DNA of 64,000 nucleotides from Escherichia coli (GTDB lineage Bacteria; Pseudomonadota; Gammaproteobacteria; Enterobacterales; Enterobacteriaceae): NCBI RefSeq assembly GCF_041886205.1, contig NZ_CP169029.1; one strand, 5' to 3'. Shown piece by piece: positions 54,885 to 64,000 of this stretch (position 1 is its first letter; each line of letters starts with the position of its first letter). The notes under the pieces were generated by a model. It saw only the letters and a program-made list of their open reading frames with translations, ran no database searches and was not told where the DNA came from. The position numbers and the translations under genes were made by a program.

Positions 54885-55775
54885 TCAGATAAGCCCGGCG
54901 TCGCGCGCCAGGCGGCTCAGATTGTTATATCCCAGACGGGCGTAGGTCAGCGGATGGGCGATCGCCGGGTCCTGTTCAGCCTCCACCACCAGCCAACCGT
55001 GATAATCCTGCGTTTTCAGCAGTTGCATAATCGGCGGATAATCCACGCAGCCGTCACCCGGCACGGTAAACACGCCGCTCAGCACCGCGTCGAGGAAGCT
55101 GGTTTTACGGTTTTTGACGTCCGCCAGCACGTCGGCGCGCACATCTTTGCAGTGAACATGATTGATGCGCGATGCCCATCGCTGTGCCACCGCCAACGGA
55201 TCGGCCCCGGCAAAGGTCAGGTGGCCGGTATCCAGCAGTAAACCAACCTCCTCACCCGTGTGGAGCATCAGGTTGTCCACGTCTTGAGCGGACTCAATCA
55301 CCGTGCCCATATGATGGTGGTAAGCAATCTGTACCCCCTGTTGCTGCGTATAGCGGGCGAACACGGTGAGCTTCTCACCATACTCTTTCCAGCATTCCTG
55401 CGGGAAACGTGGGCGCAGGTGAACCGGCGTCTGCTGCTCACCGTGAATGCAGCCACTCACTTCCGCAAAAACCAGTACTTTTGCACCCAGCTCTCGCAGC
55501 AGCGTCAGATGCGACTGCACAGCAGCAATCTCGTCCTCTACACTGCGTTCCAACAGGCGGCCGGAATACCAGCCGGAGACCAACTGCAGGTCGTGGCGCT
55601 GCAAAATGGGGCCGAGCAGGCGCGCTTCTCGCGGGAATTTATTGCCCAGTTCGAAGCCGGCAAAACCGGCCTCTTTCCCTTCACTCAGGCAGGTCTCCAG
55701 AGATGTCTCCGCGCCCAGTGAAGGCAGATCATCGTTCGTCCACGTCAGCGGGTTGATGCCCAGTTGTACACTCAT
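54885..55775 (-). CDS. iolE: Inosose dehydratase (sugar-phosphate isomerase/epimerase TIM-barrel)
   Basis: Start taken at MSVQLGINPLTWTNDDL preceded by GGAG; xylose-isomerase-like fold. Confidence 0.8.
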   Translation of the reverse strand: MSVQLGINPLTWTNDDLPSLGAETSLETCLSEGKEAGFAGFELGNKFPREARLLGPILQRHDLQLVSGWYSGRLLERSVEDEIAAVQSHLTLLRELGAKVLVFAEVSGCIHGEQQTPVHLRPRFPQECWKEYGEKLTVFARYTQQQGVQIAYHHHMGTVIESAQDVDNLMLHTGEEVGLLLDTGHLTFAGADPLAVAQRWASRINHVHCKDVRADVLADVKNRKTSFLDAVLSGVFTVPGDGCVDYPPIMQLLKTQDYHGWLVVEAEQDPAIAHPLTYARLGYNNLSRLARDAGLI

Positions 55776-55786
55776 TGTCGTCTCCA

Positions 55787-57691
55787 TTATGCGTGTCCGC
55801 GCTCGCGCCACCAGGCGATAAGCTGCAGGTAGTTGTCCCGGATGCGCGCCACCAACTGCGCATCGTCAATATCGTATTTCAGCCATGCGCGGGAGGCATC
55901 GCCAAACAGCGTGCGCCCCACGGCGAAGCCTTTCACCAGCGCCTGCCCCGCGGCAGCTTTGAAGTCGGCACGCAACTGTTCCGCCGGAGCATCCAGACCG
56001 AGGATCACCACGCCGCGGCAGTGCGGGTCCCGGCGCGCGATAATCTCGCTCAGTGCCGTCCAGCCTTCGGCGGAGAGCGGCGGCAGTTTCCACCAGTCGG
56101 GGTAAATGCCAAGGTTGTAGAAGCGGGAAATGGCACGCAGATAAAGTTCGTCACTGCGCGGCATAGTGGCGGGTAATATCACCTCCAGCAGCAGTTCATG
56201 TCCGGACTGACAGCAGGCGTGGTACACCTCGGCGATTTTCTGCTCCTGCTCCAGACGCAAGCCGTGGGCATCTTCCGGATGGAAAAAGACCAGGCACTTC
56301 ACCACATGCTCCTGCGGCCAACTGATAAGCTGGGTACCAATGTTACCGTGCTCCATCTCCAGCGGACGCGAGCCTGGCAGTTCAATGGGACGACCAATCC
56401 ACCACCCTTCGCCGGTAATGGCGTTCAGCGCATCCTGACCAAAGGTGCCATCGCACAGCAGGCCGGCTTTCCCCTCCAGCCCGGCAGAGCTTGCCGCCTC
56501 TCGGCTGGCCTGCAGGATCAGCTGTTTCAGCGCCGGAATACGCTTAAGCGACGCGCCGCACTGCAGCGCCATATCTTCCAGTTGACTGCGGTGATCGAAC
56601 GCCATCACGCACAGCTCCGGCCATTCGCGGCGGCGGGTGGTCACCCGGTGCAGATGGTTAAGACGCGGGTCAATGTCCGGGCGCGGAACGAGCGCGGCGC
56701 GGGAGAGGTAATCATCCAGCTCAATTTTGCTCGGCATCGCCGGTGCACAGCCGTGGCGCGAGACCACCAGCGCCCCACAGGCGTTGGCGTAGCGGCACGC
56801 CTGTTCCCAGCCCTCGTCGTTCAGGTAACCGCGCAGCAGGCCAGACATAAACGCATCTCCCGCGCCAAGGACGTTAAGCACCTCCACACGCACGCCGGTC
56901 ACCGTCAGGCCGTCATCCAGCCGAGGTGGAATGGCATCGGTATACACCGAACAGCCCAGCGCGCCGCGCTTGCAAACCAGTGTCGCCTTGCTGACGTGGC
57001 GCACCTGCGCCAGCGCCTGCAACGTATCGGTGCTGCCCCCCGCAATGTGAAACTCCTCTTCGGTGCCGACAACGACGTCGAAAAGGTGTAGCACCTCCTG
57101 AAGTTCACGGGTAACCTGTTCGGCAACGATAAAACGCGTTTCGCCGTCTCCTAGAGAGGTTAGTCCCCACAGCACTGGACGGTAGTCGATGTCCAGCACC
57201 GTGCGCACGCCGTGACGGCGGGCGTAATTCAGCGCCGTCAGCACCGCCTCGCGGGTCTGCGGGTGAGAAAGGTGAGTCCCGGTGATGGCAATACACCGTG
57301 CGGAGGCAATGTAGCTTTCGTCCACATCGCTGGCAGTAATCGCCATATCCGCGCAGTTATCGCGATAAAAAATCAGAGGAAAGGTGTCCCGGTCTTTAAT
57401 GCCGAGTAGCACCAGCGCCGTGAGGCGTTCTTTATCGGTGATCAGATGGCTGGTATCGCAGCCCACCTGGTTTAACTCTTCCCGCAGGAAGCGCCCCATA
57501 TGTTCATCGCCAACGCGCGCCAGCATTGACGAGCGTAAGCCCTGACGCGCGGTACCGTACGCCACGTTGCCGGACGAGCCGCCGAGATATTTGGCGAAGC
57601 TCGACACATCCTCCAGGCGGGCACCAATCTGCTGGCTGTAGAGGTCTACCGCCACGCGGCCCATGCATATCACATCAAACTGCTTTTCCAC
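55787..57691 (-). CDS. iolC: 5-dehydro-2-deoxygluconokinase fused to DUF2090-like aldolase-type C-terminal domain
   Basis: 634 aa; N-terminal PfkB-family carbohydrate kinase (MEKQFDVICMGRVAVDLY..., GAGDAF motif), long C-terminal extension. Confidence 0.8.
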   Translation of the reverse strand: MEKQFDVICMGRVAVDLYSQQIGARLEDVSSFAKYLGGSSGNVAYGTARQGLRSSMLARVGDEHMGRFLREELNQVGCDTSHLITDKERLTALVLLGIKDRDTFPLIFYRDNCADMAITASDVDESYIASARCIAITGTHLSHPQTREAVLTALNYARRHGVRTVLDIDYRPVLWGLTSLGDGETRFIVAEQVTRELQEVLHLFDVVVGTEEEFHIAGGSTDTLQALAQVRHVSKATLVCKRGALGCSVYTDAIPPRLDDGLTVTGVRVEVLNVLGAGDAFMSGLLRGYLNDEGWEQACRYANACGALVVSRHGCAPAMPSKIELDDYLSRAALVPRPDIDPRLNHLHRVTTRRREWPELCVMAFDHRSQLEDMALQCGASLKRIPALKQLILQASREAASSAGLEGKAGLLCDGTFGQDALNAITGEGWWIGRPIELPGSRPLEMEHGNIGTQLISWPQEHVVKCLVFFHPEDAHGLRLEQEQKIAEVYHACCQSGHELLLEVILPATMPRSDELYLRAISRFYNLGIYPDWWKLPPLSAEGWTALSEIIARRDPHCRGVVILGLDAPAEQLRADFKAAAGQALVKGFAVGRTLFGDASRAWLKYDIDDAQLVARIRDNYLQLIAWWRERGHA

Positions 57692-57703
57692 GTTGAACCC
57701 TCT

Positions 57704-58837
57704 TCAGACAATGTCATTCACGTTCAGCCAGAGGCCCTGCTGGTGTGAGAGTGCGATGGCATCCAGCACACGCGAGACCTTCCAGCCCTCTTCGAAGTCC
57801 GGCCACATCGGTGCGTCGGTGGCGATGCCGTCTACCAGATCACGCACTTCCACCGTTTTTTGATCGTTAAAGCCGATACCATGACCTGCGCCCATGCAAA
57901 ACGCGCCGTAATCCGGGTGTGCCGGACCGACCAACAGTGTCCGGAACCCCTGACGGTTCACCGGATCATCATGCAGATAGAGCTTTATCTCTGCCATCCG
58001 CTCTTGGGTAAAACTGATCGCTCCTTTGGTACCAGTAATGACGTATGACAGCCCCATCTTGCGGCCGCAGGCGACACGGGAAGTTTCAATGACGCCCTGC
58101 GCCCCGCCCGCAAAGCGCACCATCGCGTGGGCCTGATCTTCATTTTCCACGGTGACCATTTCCGACGATCCGGCCTTTGCCGGACGTGCCGGTACCACAA
58201 TTTTCAGATCGCCACAAACCTGCTCAATCTCTCCCACAAGATACTGGGCCATATTGACGATATGTGCCGCCAGGTCACCCAGAGCCCCCAGTCCGGCGGT
58301 CTCTTTAAAACAGTGCCAGTGAATAGGGGAAAGCGGGTCGGCCATATAGTCTTCGTTGTGGGTTCCGTAGAAGTGGATCACCTCACCAATTTCGCCGCGC
58401 GCAATAATCTCTTTCGCCAACTGTGCCGTCGGGTTTTTCATGTAATTGAAACCCACCAGCGTTTTCACCCCTGCCCGCTTCGCAGCGTCGACCATCTCAC
58501 GCGCGTCGTGGGCATTCAGTGCCAGCGGCTTTTCCGAATAGACGTGCTTGCCGTGGCGGATCGCCTCCAGCGCCATCTCTTTGTGAAGATGGTTAGGGGA
58601 GCAAATATCCACCACATCAATGGCCGGGTCGACCACGAGCACCCGCCAGTCTCCGGTTGAGCGATTGAAGCCAAACGCCTGCGCGCGTTCTGCCGCCAGC
58701 GCCGGATTCACCTCAGCCACCATCTCGCGCACCAGTTTGCCGCGCAGATTGAACACCGTCGGTGCCTGGGCATAGGCAATGGCATGCGCCTTGCCAATAT
58801 ACCCGGTGCCAATCAATCCAATACGAACCTCTTTCAT
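57704..58837 (-). CDS. Gfo/Idh/MocA-family NAD(P)-dependent oxidoreductase (inositol dehydrogenase-like)
   Basis: Rossmann motif IGLIGTGYIGKAH; start taken at MKEVRIGLIG preceded by GAGGA. Confidence 0.8.
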   Translation of the reverse strand: MKEVRIGLIGTGYIGKAHAIAYAQAPTVFNLRGKLVREMVAEVNPALAAERAQAFGFNRSTGDWRVLVVDPAIDVVDICSPNHLHKEMALEAIRHGKHVYSEKPLALNAHDAREMVDAAKRAGVKTLVGFNYMKNPTAQLAKEIIARGEIGEVIHFYGTHNEDYMADPLSPIHWHCFKETAGLGALGDLAAHIVNMAQYLVGEIEQVCGDLKIVVPARPAKAGSSEMVTVENEDQAHAMVRFAGGAQGVIETSRVACGRKMGLSYVITGTKGAISFTQERMAEIKLYLHDDPVNRQGFRTLLVGPAHPDYGAFCMGAGHGIGFNDQKTVEVRDLVDGIATDAPMWPDFEEGWKVSRVLDAIALSHQQGLWLNVNDIV

Positions 58838-58845
58838 CGTGATCC

Positions 58846-59874
58846 TCACAGTGCGCCGCGACGGCTCTTGGCATAGGTGTCGAATGCCACCGCCAGAACG
58901 ATAATTAATCCGGTGATAATTTGCTGGTAGTAGGCCGAGACGTTCATCAGTACCAGGCCATTAATCAGAATGCCCATGATGATGGAGCCGATGATAGTGC
59001 CGCCGATGCGCCCATATCCCCCCATCAACGACGTGCCGCCAATAACCACCGAGGCAATAACACGCAGCTCAAAGGAGATCCCGGCAACCGCCTCAGCGCT
59101 CCCCAGACGAGCGCTCAGGATGAAGCCCGCCAGCCCCGCCAGACAGCCAATCAGCACATAGACGCTAACCAGCACACGCTTCACGTTTACCCCAGCCAGA
59201 CGTGCCGCCTCCGGGTTGCCACCGATGGCATAGACGAAGCGCCCCCAACGGGTTTTATGCAGTGCCAGATAACCACCAATGGCAACGATGGCGAAGATCC
59301 AGATCGGAATGGAGATGCCGAGCAATTCCCCTCGTCCCCACCAGCGATAACCCTGATCGAAGCCGGCAATCGGCGCACCGTCGTTAATCACGAGCGTCAG
59401 ACCACGCCAGATGGTCATCCCGCCAAGGGTGACGATGAACGGTGGTAGGCGCAGGCGGGTGACGCCCAGACCGTGCAGGAAGCCAATCGCTGTACCCATG
59501 GTCAGACAAATCCCCAGCCCAATCAGCCAGCTCATACCGCCCCAAGCGTTCGGATCGACTGTGGTGAAATTGTCGCCTTTGATCACGTACGCCGCTGTCA
59601 TGGCGCACACTGCCAGAATAGAGCCCACGGAGAGGTCGATCCCAGCGGTCAGAATGACGAAGGTCATCCCCACGGCCATGATCCCGTAGATGGAGACTTC
59701 GGTCAGGATGTTGAAAATATTGCGTTCAGAGAAAAAATTACTGTTCTGCGACTGAAAGAAGATCAGCAGCAGGATCATGAAAATCAGTACCCCGAAGCGC
59801 TCGAAGAAGGCAATGGGATCGATGCGTCCGGCGCGTTTTACCGGGACCTGCGTTTTAGGAATCATCTGCGTCAT
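58846..59874 (-). CDS. Sugar ABC transporter permease (ribose/inositol type)
   Basis: 342-aa polytopic membrane protein; operon context with ATPase and binding protein. Confidence 0.85.
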   Translation of the reverse strand: MTQMIPKTQVPVKRAGRIDPIAFFERFGVLIFMILLLIFFQSQNSNFFSERNIFNILTEVSIYGIMAVGMTFVILTAGIDLSVGSILAVCAMTAAYVIKGDNFTTVDPNAWGGMSWLIGLGICLTMGTAIGFLHGLGVTRLRLPPFIVTLGGMTIWRGLTLVINDGAPIAGFDQGYRWWGRGELLGISIPIWIFAIVAIGGYLALHKTRWGRFVYAIGGNPEAARLAGVNVKRVLVSVYVLIGCLAGLAGFILSARLGSAEAVAGISFELRVIASVVIGGTSLMGGYGRIGGTIIGSIIMGILINGLVLMNVSAYYQQIITGLIIVLAVAFDTYAKSRRGAL

Positions 59875-59885
59875 GAGAAACTCCG

Positions 59886-61433
59886 TTATGCCGCGTTCAG
59901 GGCGTTGTGGTTGATAGCCATCATCGTCATCAGCCGTTCTTCGTTAGCGTCGTCACCGTGGATCTCGCCAGTTAACCGGCCTTCACTAAGGGTGATGATC
60001 CGGTCAGACACCGCCATCACTTCAGGCAGATCGGAGGAGATCACGATCACCGCCACGCCCTTTTTCGCCATATCAAACAGCACCTGGTGCACTTCCGATT
60101 TGGTTCCAACGTCGATGCCACGTGTCGGCTCATCGACAATCAACACCCGTGGATTGAGCGCCATGCAGCGCGCGAGGATAACTTTCTGCTGGTTGCCGCC
60201 AGAGAGCTTACGCACCTCCTGCGTGCTGTTGACCATTTTGATCTGCAGCGCCTGGCGGTAGGACTCAATCAGGTCGTCCTCTTTGCGGGTATTCACAAAC
60301 CAGCGCCACTGCAACAGCGAGGAGAGGCAGGAGAGCGACAGGTTGTCGCGAATCGACAGACCCAGCACCGCCCCCTCTTTTTTGCGATCTTCCGGCACCA
60401 GCGCCAGCCCTTGCTCCAGCGCATAAAGTGGGTCACGCGGCTGGTACGGCACGCCGTCCAGCTCAAAGCTGCCGGTGGTAAAGGCGTCGGCGCCAAACAG
60501 GCAGCGCGCTACCTCAGTACGACCAGCCCCCACCAGCCCAGCGATACCCAGAACTTCCCCTGCATGGACGTGAAAACTGATGTCATGCAGGGCGATGCCG
60601 TGTGGATCCAGCGGCGGTTTTTCCCGGCTTAACCCCTTCACCGACAAACGGACAGGTTTGTCTTCATGGTGGGTTTCGCTGGCAGGGCGGCGGTTAAAGG
60701 CCACATCACGCCCTACCATCAGGCGGATCAACTGCTCTACGTTCGTCTCCGTCACTGCGCCGGTGCCGGTGAAACGGCCATCCTGGAAAACGGTGAAACG
60801 ATCGCAAAGCTGGAAAACTTCATGCAGACGGTGAGTAACGTAAATAATGCTCACGCCGCGGTTTTTAAGCTCCCGCACCACGCGGTGCAGGCTTTCCACC
60901 TCGCTGTCACTCAGGGCGGCGGAGGGTTCATCCATGATGATCAGCCTGGCATTGAGGGTCAGCGCCCGGGCAATCTCCACCATCTGCTGCTGGGCCACGC
61001 TCAGACGGGCGACTGGCGTGGTGGGTGCGACATTCAGTTGCAGATAATCGAGAATCACCTGCGCTTCCTGATTGACCGCTTTTTCGTCGACGATCAGGTT
61101 ACGTTTACGCGGTTCGCGTCCGAGAAACATGTTTTCCGCAACGGTCATATTGGGCAGCAGGTTGAATTCCTGATAGATGGTGATAATGCCCTTGTTCTGC
61201 CGTTCTACCGGGGAGTCGTCCACCGGCAGCGTTTCGCCATTGAACCAGATCTCCCCGCGCGTTTGTGGCTGTGCGCCCGCGAGTGCCTTCAACAGCGTGG
61301 ATTTCCCAGCGCCGTTTTCGCCCAGCAAAGCGTGAATTTCACCCGTGCCGACGGTGAGCTGGGCGCTGCTCAGCGCCCATACGCCGGAAAAGCTTTTTGC
61401 CAGGTCGGTTACTTTCAGTAAGGGTTGCGACAT
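59886..61433 (-). CDS. Sugar ABC transporter ATP-binding protein (two nucleotide-binding domains)
   Basis: 515 aa; Walker A GENGAGKST, ABC signature LSVAQQQ/LSGGNQQ, Walker B IMDEP/IVDEP. Confidence 0.85.
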   Translation of the reverse strand: MSQPLLKVTDLAKSFSGVWALSSAQLTVGTGEIHALLGENGAGKSTLLKALAGAQPQTRGEIWFNGETLPVDDSPVERQNKGIITIYQEFNLLPNMTVAENMFLGREPRKRNLIVDEKAVNQEAQVILDYLQLNVAPTTPVARLSVAQQQMVEIARALTLNARLIIMDEPSAALSDSEVESLHRVVRELKNRGVSIIYVTHRLHEVFQLCDRFTVFQDGRFTGTGAVTETNVEQLIRLMVGRDVAFNRRPASETHHEDKPVRLSVKGLSREKPPLDPHGIALHDISFHVHAGEVLGIAGLVGAGRTEVARCLFGADAFTTGSFELDGVPYQPRDPLYALEQGLALVPEDRKKEGAVLGLSIRDNLSLSCLSSLLQWRWFVNTRKEDDLIESYRQALQIKMVNSTQEVRKLSGGNQQKVILARCMALNPRVLIVDEPTRGIDVGTKSEVHQVLFDMAKKGVAVIVISSDLPEVMAVSDRIITLSEGRLTGEIHGDDANEERLMTMMAINHNALNAA

Positions 61434-61484
61434 CAGCCTGCTCCTTATTTATGGGGAGCCGCCCGTACGGCGGCTCCAGACAAA

Positions 61485-62414
61485 TCAGTTACCGGCCTCA
61501 GCAATACGCTCAGCCTGTTGCAGGTTCTCTTTGGTGATCAGCGTCGGCGGATAGTCCGCACCGGTGATAGTTTTTTTCTCACGCACGTTAGCCACCAGTT
61601 GGCTCATCGCCGTGGTCACCGCAAAGCCGGGACGCTGATCCGCCGTAACCGCCAGCCAGCCGTCGCGCACGCGGGCCAGTGCTTCCGGTACCGCATCAAA
61701 ACCGGTGACCAGGATTTCACCCGGTTTCACACCCTGACTCTGCAGCGCTTCAATCGCCCCCAGCGCCATATCATCGTTGGCAGAGAGGATCACCTGAGGA
61801 CGTTTTGGCAGCGACGGCAAAACGCTTTCGACAATGCGCATCCCTTCCGAGCGCATCCAGTTGCCGGTCTGATCGGCGACGATCTTGTACATATCCCCGC
61901 CAGCCTTCAGGCTGTCGCGGATCCCTTTGGTGCGTTCAATGTTGGAGGAGGAACCCGGTTGACCGGTCAACAGAATGATCTCCGCGCCGTTGGGGAATTT
62001 GGTTTTGACGAAGTCGCCAATCGCCTGGCCGCCCTTGTAGTTGTTGGCACCAAAGTGCGGCACTTTTTTCTGGCTGTCGACAGAGCGGTCAAGCGTAACG
62101 ACCGGCAGCTTCGTATCCTGAATTTCATCTACCGCACTGGAGACCGCGTTCACATCGTTCGGGGAGACAATAAAGCCCTGCGCACCACGGGTGATGGCGT
62201 TTTCCAGGTCAGCCACCTGCTTCGGTGAGCTGCCCTGACCGTCCAGTACCTGAAGTTTCACCCCCATCTCTTTTGCGGCTTTCACCGCCGTGCGCTGCAT
62301 GTGAACTTCAAACGGCATGGCCAGGTTTGGCGTACTGAAAACAATTTGCTCGTTTTCGGCTATGGCGGCCCCGGATGTCATGGCGATTAGGGCGGCTAAG
62401 ATCAGTTTTTTCAT
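61485..62414 (-). CDS. Periplasmic sugar-binding protein of ABC transporter
   Basis: Start taken at MKKLILAALIAMTSGAAIA (signal peptide), 309 aa; upstream in-frame extension in ORF track rejected. Confidence 0.85.
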   Translation of the reverse strand: MKKLILAALIAMTSGAAIAENEQIVFSTPNLAMPFEVHMQRTAVKAAKEMGVKLQVLDGQGSSPKQVADLENAITRGAQGFIVSPNDVNAVSSAVDEIQDTKLPVVTLDRSVDSQKKVPHFGANNYKGGQAIGDFVKTKFPNGAEIILLTGQPGSSSNIERTKGIRDSLKAGGDMYKIVADQTGNWMRSEGMRIVESVLPSLPKRPQVILSANDDMALGAIEALQSQGVKPGEILVTGFDAVPEALARVRDGWLAVTADQRPGFAVTTAMSQLVANVREKKTITGADYPPTLITKENLQQAERIAEAGN

Positions 62415-62445
62415 TATTATGTCTCTCTGTGTAGGGTTGTTGTGT

Positions 62446-63432
62446 TTAGAGGACGATCTCACGCTGGCAACGCAGTGATTCCAGCGCTTTATCCGCGAGG
62501 TACAGCGCACGTTCACCATCATCGCCGCTGCAATCAGGCACCGCTTCGCCGCGCAGAACCGCAACAAAGTGCTCCCATTCCGCTGCGTAAGCGGATTTGT
62601 AGCGTTGCAGGAAGAAGTGTTCCGGCAGCGCGCTGGTGCAACCCTGTTTGCCGTAGTGCTGCACCTGGTTTTCAAGGATATTGCCCGCGCACAGCAGCCC
62701 TTCGGAACCGTGTAGCTCCAGGCGCTGGTCGTAGCCGTATGAAGAGCGGCGACTGTTGACGATGGTCGCCATCGCGCCGGAGGCATATTTCAGAACGATA
62801 AATGCGGTGTCGATATCTCCCGCTTCGCCAATCGCCGGATCCACCAGATTGCTGCCCTGGGCATACACCGACACCGGCTCTTCACCCATGATGAAGCGTG
62901 CCATGTCAAAGTCGTGGATGGTCATATCACGGAACATGCCGCCGGAAACACGCACGTACACCGCAGGCGGTGGAGACGGATCGCGGGAGATGATCAGCAG
63001 TGATTCCGGTTTGCCGATACGCCCGGCCTGAGTGTCGGTTTTCACGCGACGGAACTGTGGGTCAAAGCGGCGGTTAAAACCGATAAACAGCGGTACGTCA
63101 TACTCTTTGACCACTTTCAGGCAGTCGCGTACGCGGGCAAGATCAAGGTGTACCGGTTTTTCACAGAAAATGGCTTTGCCGTAACGGGCGGCCATTTCAA
63201 TCAGATCCGCGTGGGTGTCGGTCGCGGAGGCGATCAATACGGCATGAACGTTCGGGTCGGTCATCGCCTCATCCAGGCTCTGCTGGCGCGCCTGATACTG
63301 TGTCGCGAGACGCGTGGCGAACTCCTGATTCGGGTCTACCACAGACCAGAGCGTGGTCGCACTATGGCTGGCGATGTTAGCTGCATGTACCTGGCCAATT
63401 CGGCCAGCGCCCAGTAAAGCAATGTTAAACAT
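62446..63432 (-). CDS. iolG: myo-Inositol 2-dehydrogenase
   Basis: 328 aa; Rossmann motif IALLGAGRIGQVH; Gfo/Idh/MocA fold. Confidence 0.8.
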   Translation of the reverse strand: MFNIALLGAGRIGQVHAANIASHSATTLWSVVDPNQEFATRLATQYQARQQSLDEAMTDPNVHAVLIASATDTHADLIEMAARYGKAIFCEKPVHLDLARVRDCLKVVKEYDVPLFIGFNRRFDPQFRRVKTDTQAGRIGKPESLLIISRDPSPPPAVYVRVSGGMFRDMTIHDFDMARFIMGEEPVSVYAQGSNLVDPAIGEAGDIDTAFIVLKYASGAMATIVNSRRSSYGYDQRLELHGSEGLLCAGNILENQVQHYGKQGCTSALPEHFFLQRYKSAYAAEWEHFVAVLRGEAVPDCSGDDGERALYLADKALESLRCQREIVL

Positions 63433-63621
63433 AACGGCTCCCGGTGTTGATGAATGCGGTGAACTAACGACACTACAAATAAAACATTTATTTCATTTTT
63501 ATAAATAGTGAAAATTATATTTTGAGTGACAGTTAACACTTTTGAGATGTATTAGATAAATTTTGTTATCAATCTCACAACGCCGAGGAAGATATGTCCC
63601 TCCATTACAAGGGGGGGAGGG

Positions 63622-63665
63622 AATAAAAACTGTACCATCCCCTCTCCCGTTGGGAGAGGGGATGG
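63622..63665 (-). terminator. Rho-independent terminator after iolD
   Basis: 14-bp stem CCATCCCCTCTCCC / GGGAGAGGGGATGG (63635-63665) with T-run on the minus strand. Confidence 0.55.
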
Positions 63666-63716
63666 GTGAGAGGAAAAAAGAAAAATGAAATGAAAATTTC
63701 GTTACGACAGGAAAAC

Positions 63717-64000
63717 TCAATACTGACGAGCTTTTTTCACCTGAGCCTGTGTTTGCTCGGCGGCCTGGCGCACTGCTGGCGACTCTGCCACCTGTGCGTT
63801 GCCGGTTCGCCACCATGACGCGTAATCATGGGTCATGGTTTTTGGTAGCACTTTGATGTCGAGGAGCGTCGGTCCCGGGTGAGCGCGCGAGGCTTCCAGC
63901 GCCGCCAGCAGGCTTTTCTCATTATGTACCCGCCATGCGCGGCAACCGTAGCTTTCCGCGTTTTGCGCAAAATCGACCTTCACCAACGGCCCGTCAAGCT
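63717..64000 (-). CDS. iolD: TPP-dependent 3D-(3,5/4)-trihydroxycyclohexane-1,2-dione hydrolase, C-terminal part; gene continues beyond window end
   Basis: C-terminal 89 aa; assignment from context upstream of iolG and the rest of the iol cluster. Confidence 0.65.
   Translation of the reverse strand, partial: LDGPLVKVDFAQNAESYGCRAWRVHNEKSLLAALEASRAHPGPTLLDIKVLPKTMTHDYASWWRTGNAQVAESPAVRQAAEQTQAQVKKARQY

Noticed and set aside
55833-57409. Several plus-strand ORFs (up to 297 aa) inside iolC and iolE
   Set aside because: Antisense to well-supported iol coding frames; Arg/Ala/Gly-rich shadow translations.
59411-62228. Plus-strand ORFs of 181-267 aa within the ABC transporter genes
   Set aside because: Antisense to recognisable ABC permease, ATPase and binding-protein frames.
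61485-62786. 433-aa version of the periplasmic binding-protein ORF
   Set aside because: The N-terminal 124 codons are Arg/Cys/Thr-rich, lack protein character and overlap iolG; the real start is the signal-peptide ATG at 62412-62414.
63560-63600. Poly-G tract GGGGGGGAGGG near 63611 as possible slipped-strand switch
   Set aside because: Located downstream of the iolD terminator in non-coding DNA with no adjacent promoter or start codon to modulate.

Overview
The window reads as an Escherichia coli-type chromosome segment: about 12 kb of conserved backbone followed by a large mosaic accessory island inserted at the 3' end of a tRNA-Ser gene. All calls rest on reading the six-frame translations and raw sequence by eye; no database search was run. 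Backbone (1-12004): opgG (partial), opgC, clsC, ymdB, ymdA, the divergent curli operons csgBAC and csgDEFG, ycdZ, ycdY, ycdX, ghrA and tRNA-Ser. The island (12005 to the window end) contains, in order: (i) a CP4-44-like prophage remnant on the minus strand with a cbtA/cbeA type IV toxin-antitoxin pair and antigen 43 (flu) with its GATC phase-variation switch; (ii) a YeeP-like GTPase; (iii) two AT-rich convergent genes of unknown function (172 aa and 459 aa); (iv) a type I restriction-modification operon hsdM-hsdS-hsdR with a DarT (DUF4433) / DarG (macrodomain) toxin-antitoxin pair between hsdS and hsdR and a metallohydrolase gene after hsdR; (v) two tandem orphan toxin-C-terminus/immunity modules, one carrying the CdiA VENN motif; (vi) a nest of insertion sequences (IS66 inside an IS110-family transposase gene, IS66 remnants, intact IS3, a third IS66 copy, an IS911-like remnant) flanking an AT-rich GlpT/UhpT-family transporter; (vii) a PapX-like MarR regulator with an in-frame stop; (viii) a myo-inositol catabolism and ABC-transport cluster (iolD partial, iolG, iolC, iolE, iolB). 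The strongest candidate for the system of interest is the composite defence locus at 28.1-37.5 kb, centred on DarTG. The adjacent uncharacterised convergent gene pair at 24.9-26.9 kb is the most plausible genuinely undescribed element. No CRISPR array, rRNA gene or integrase was seen.
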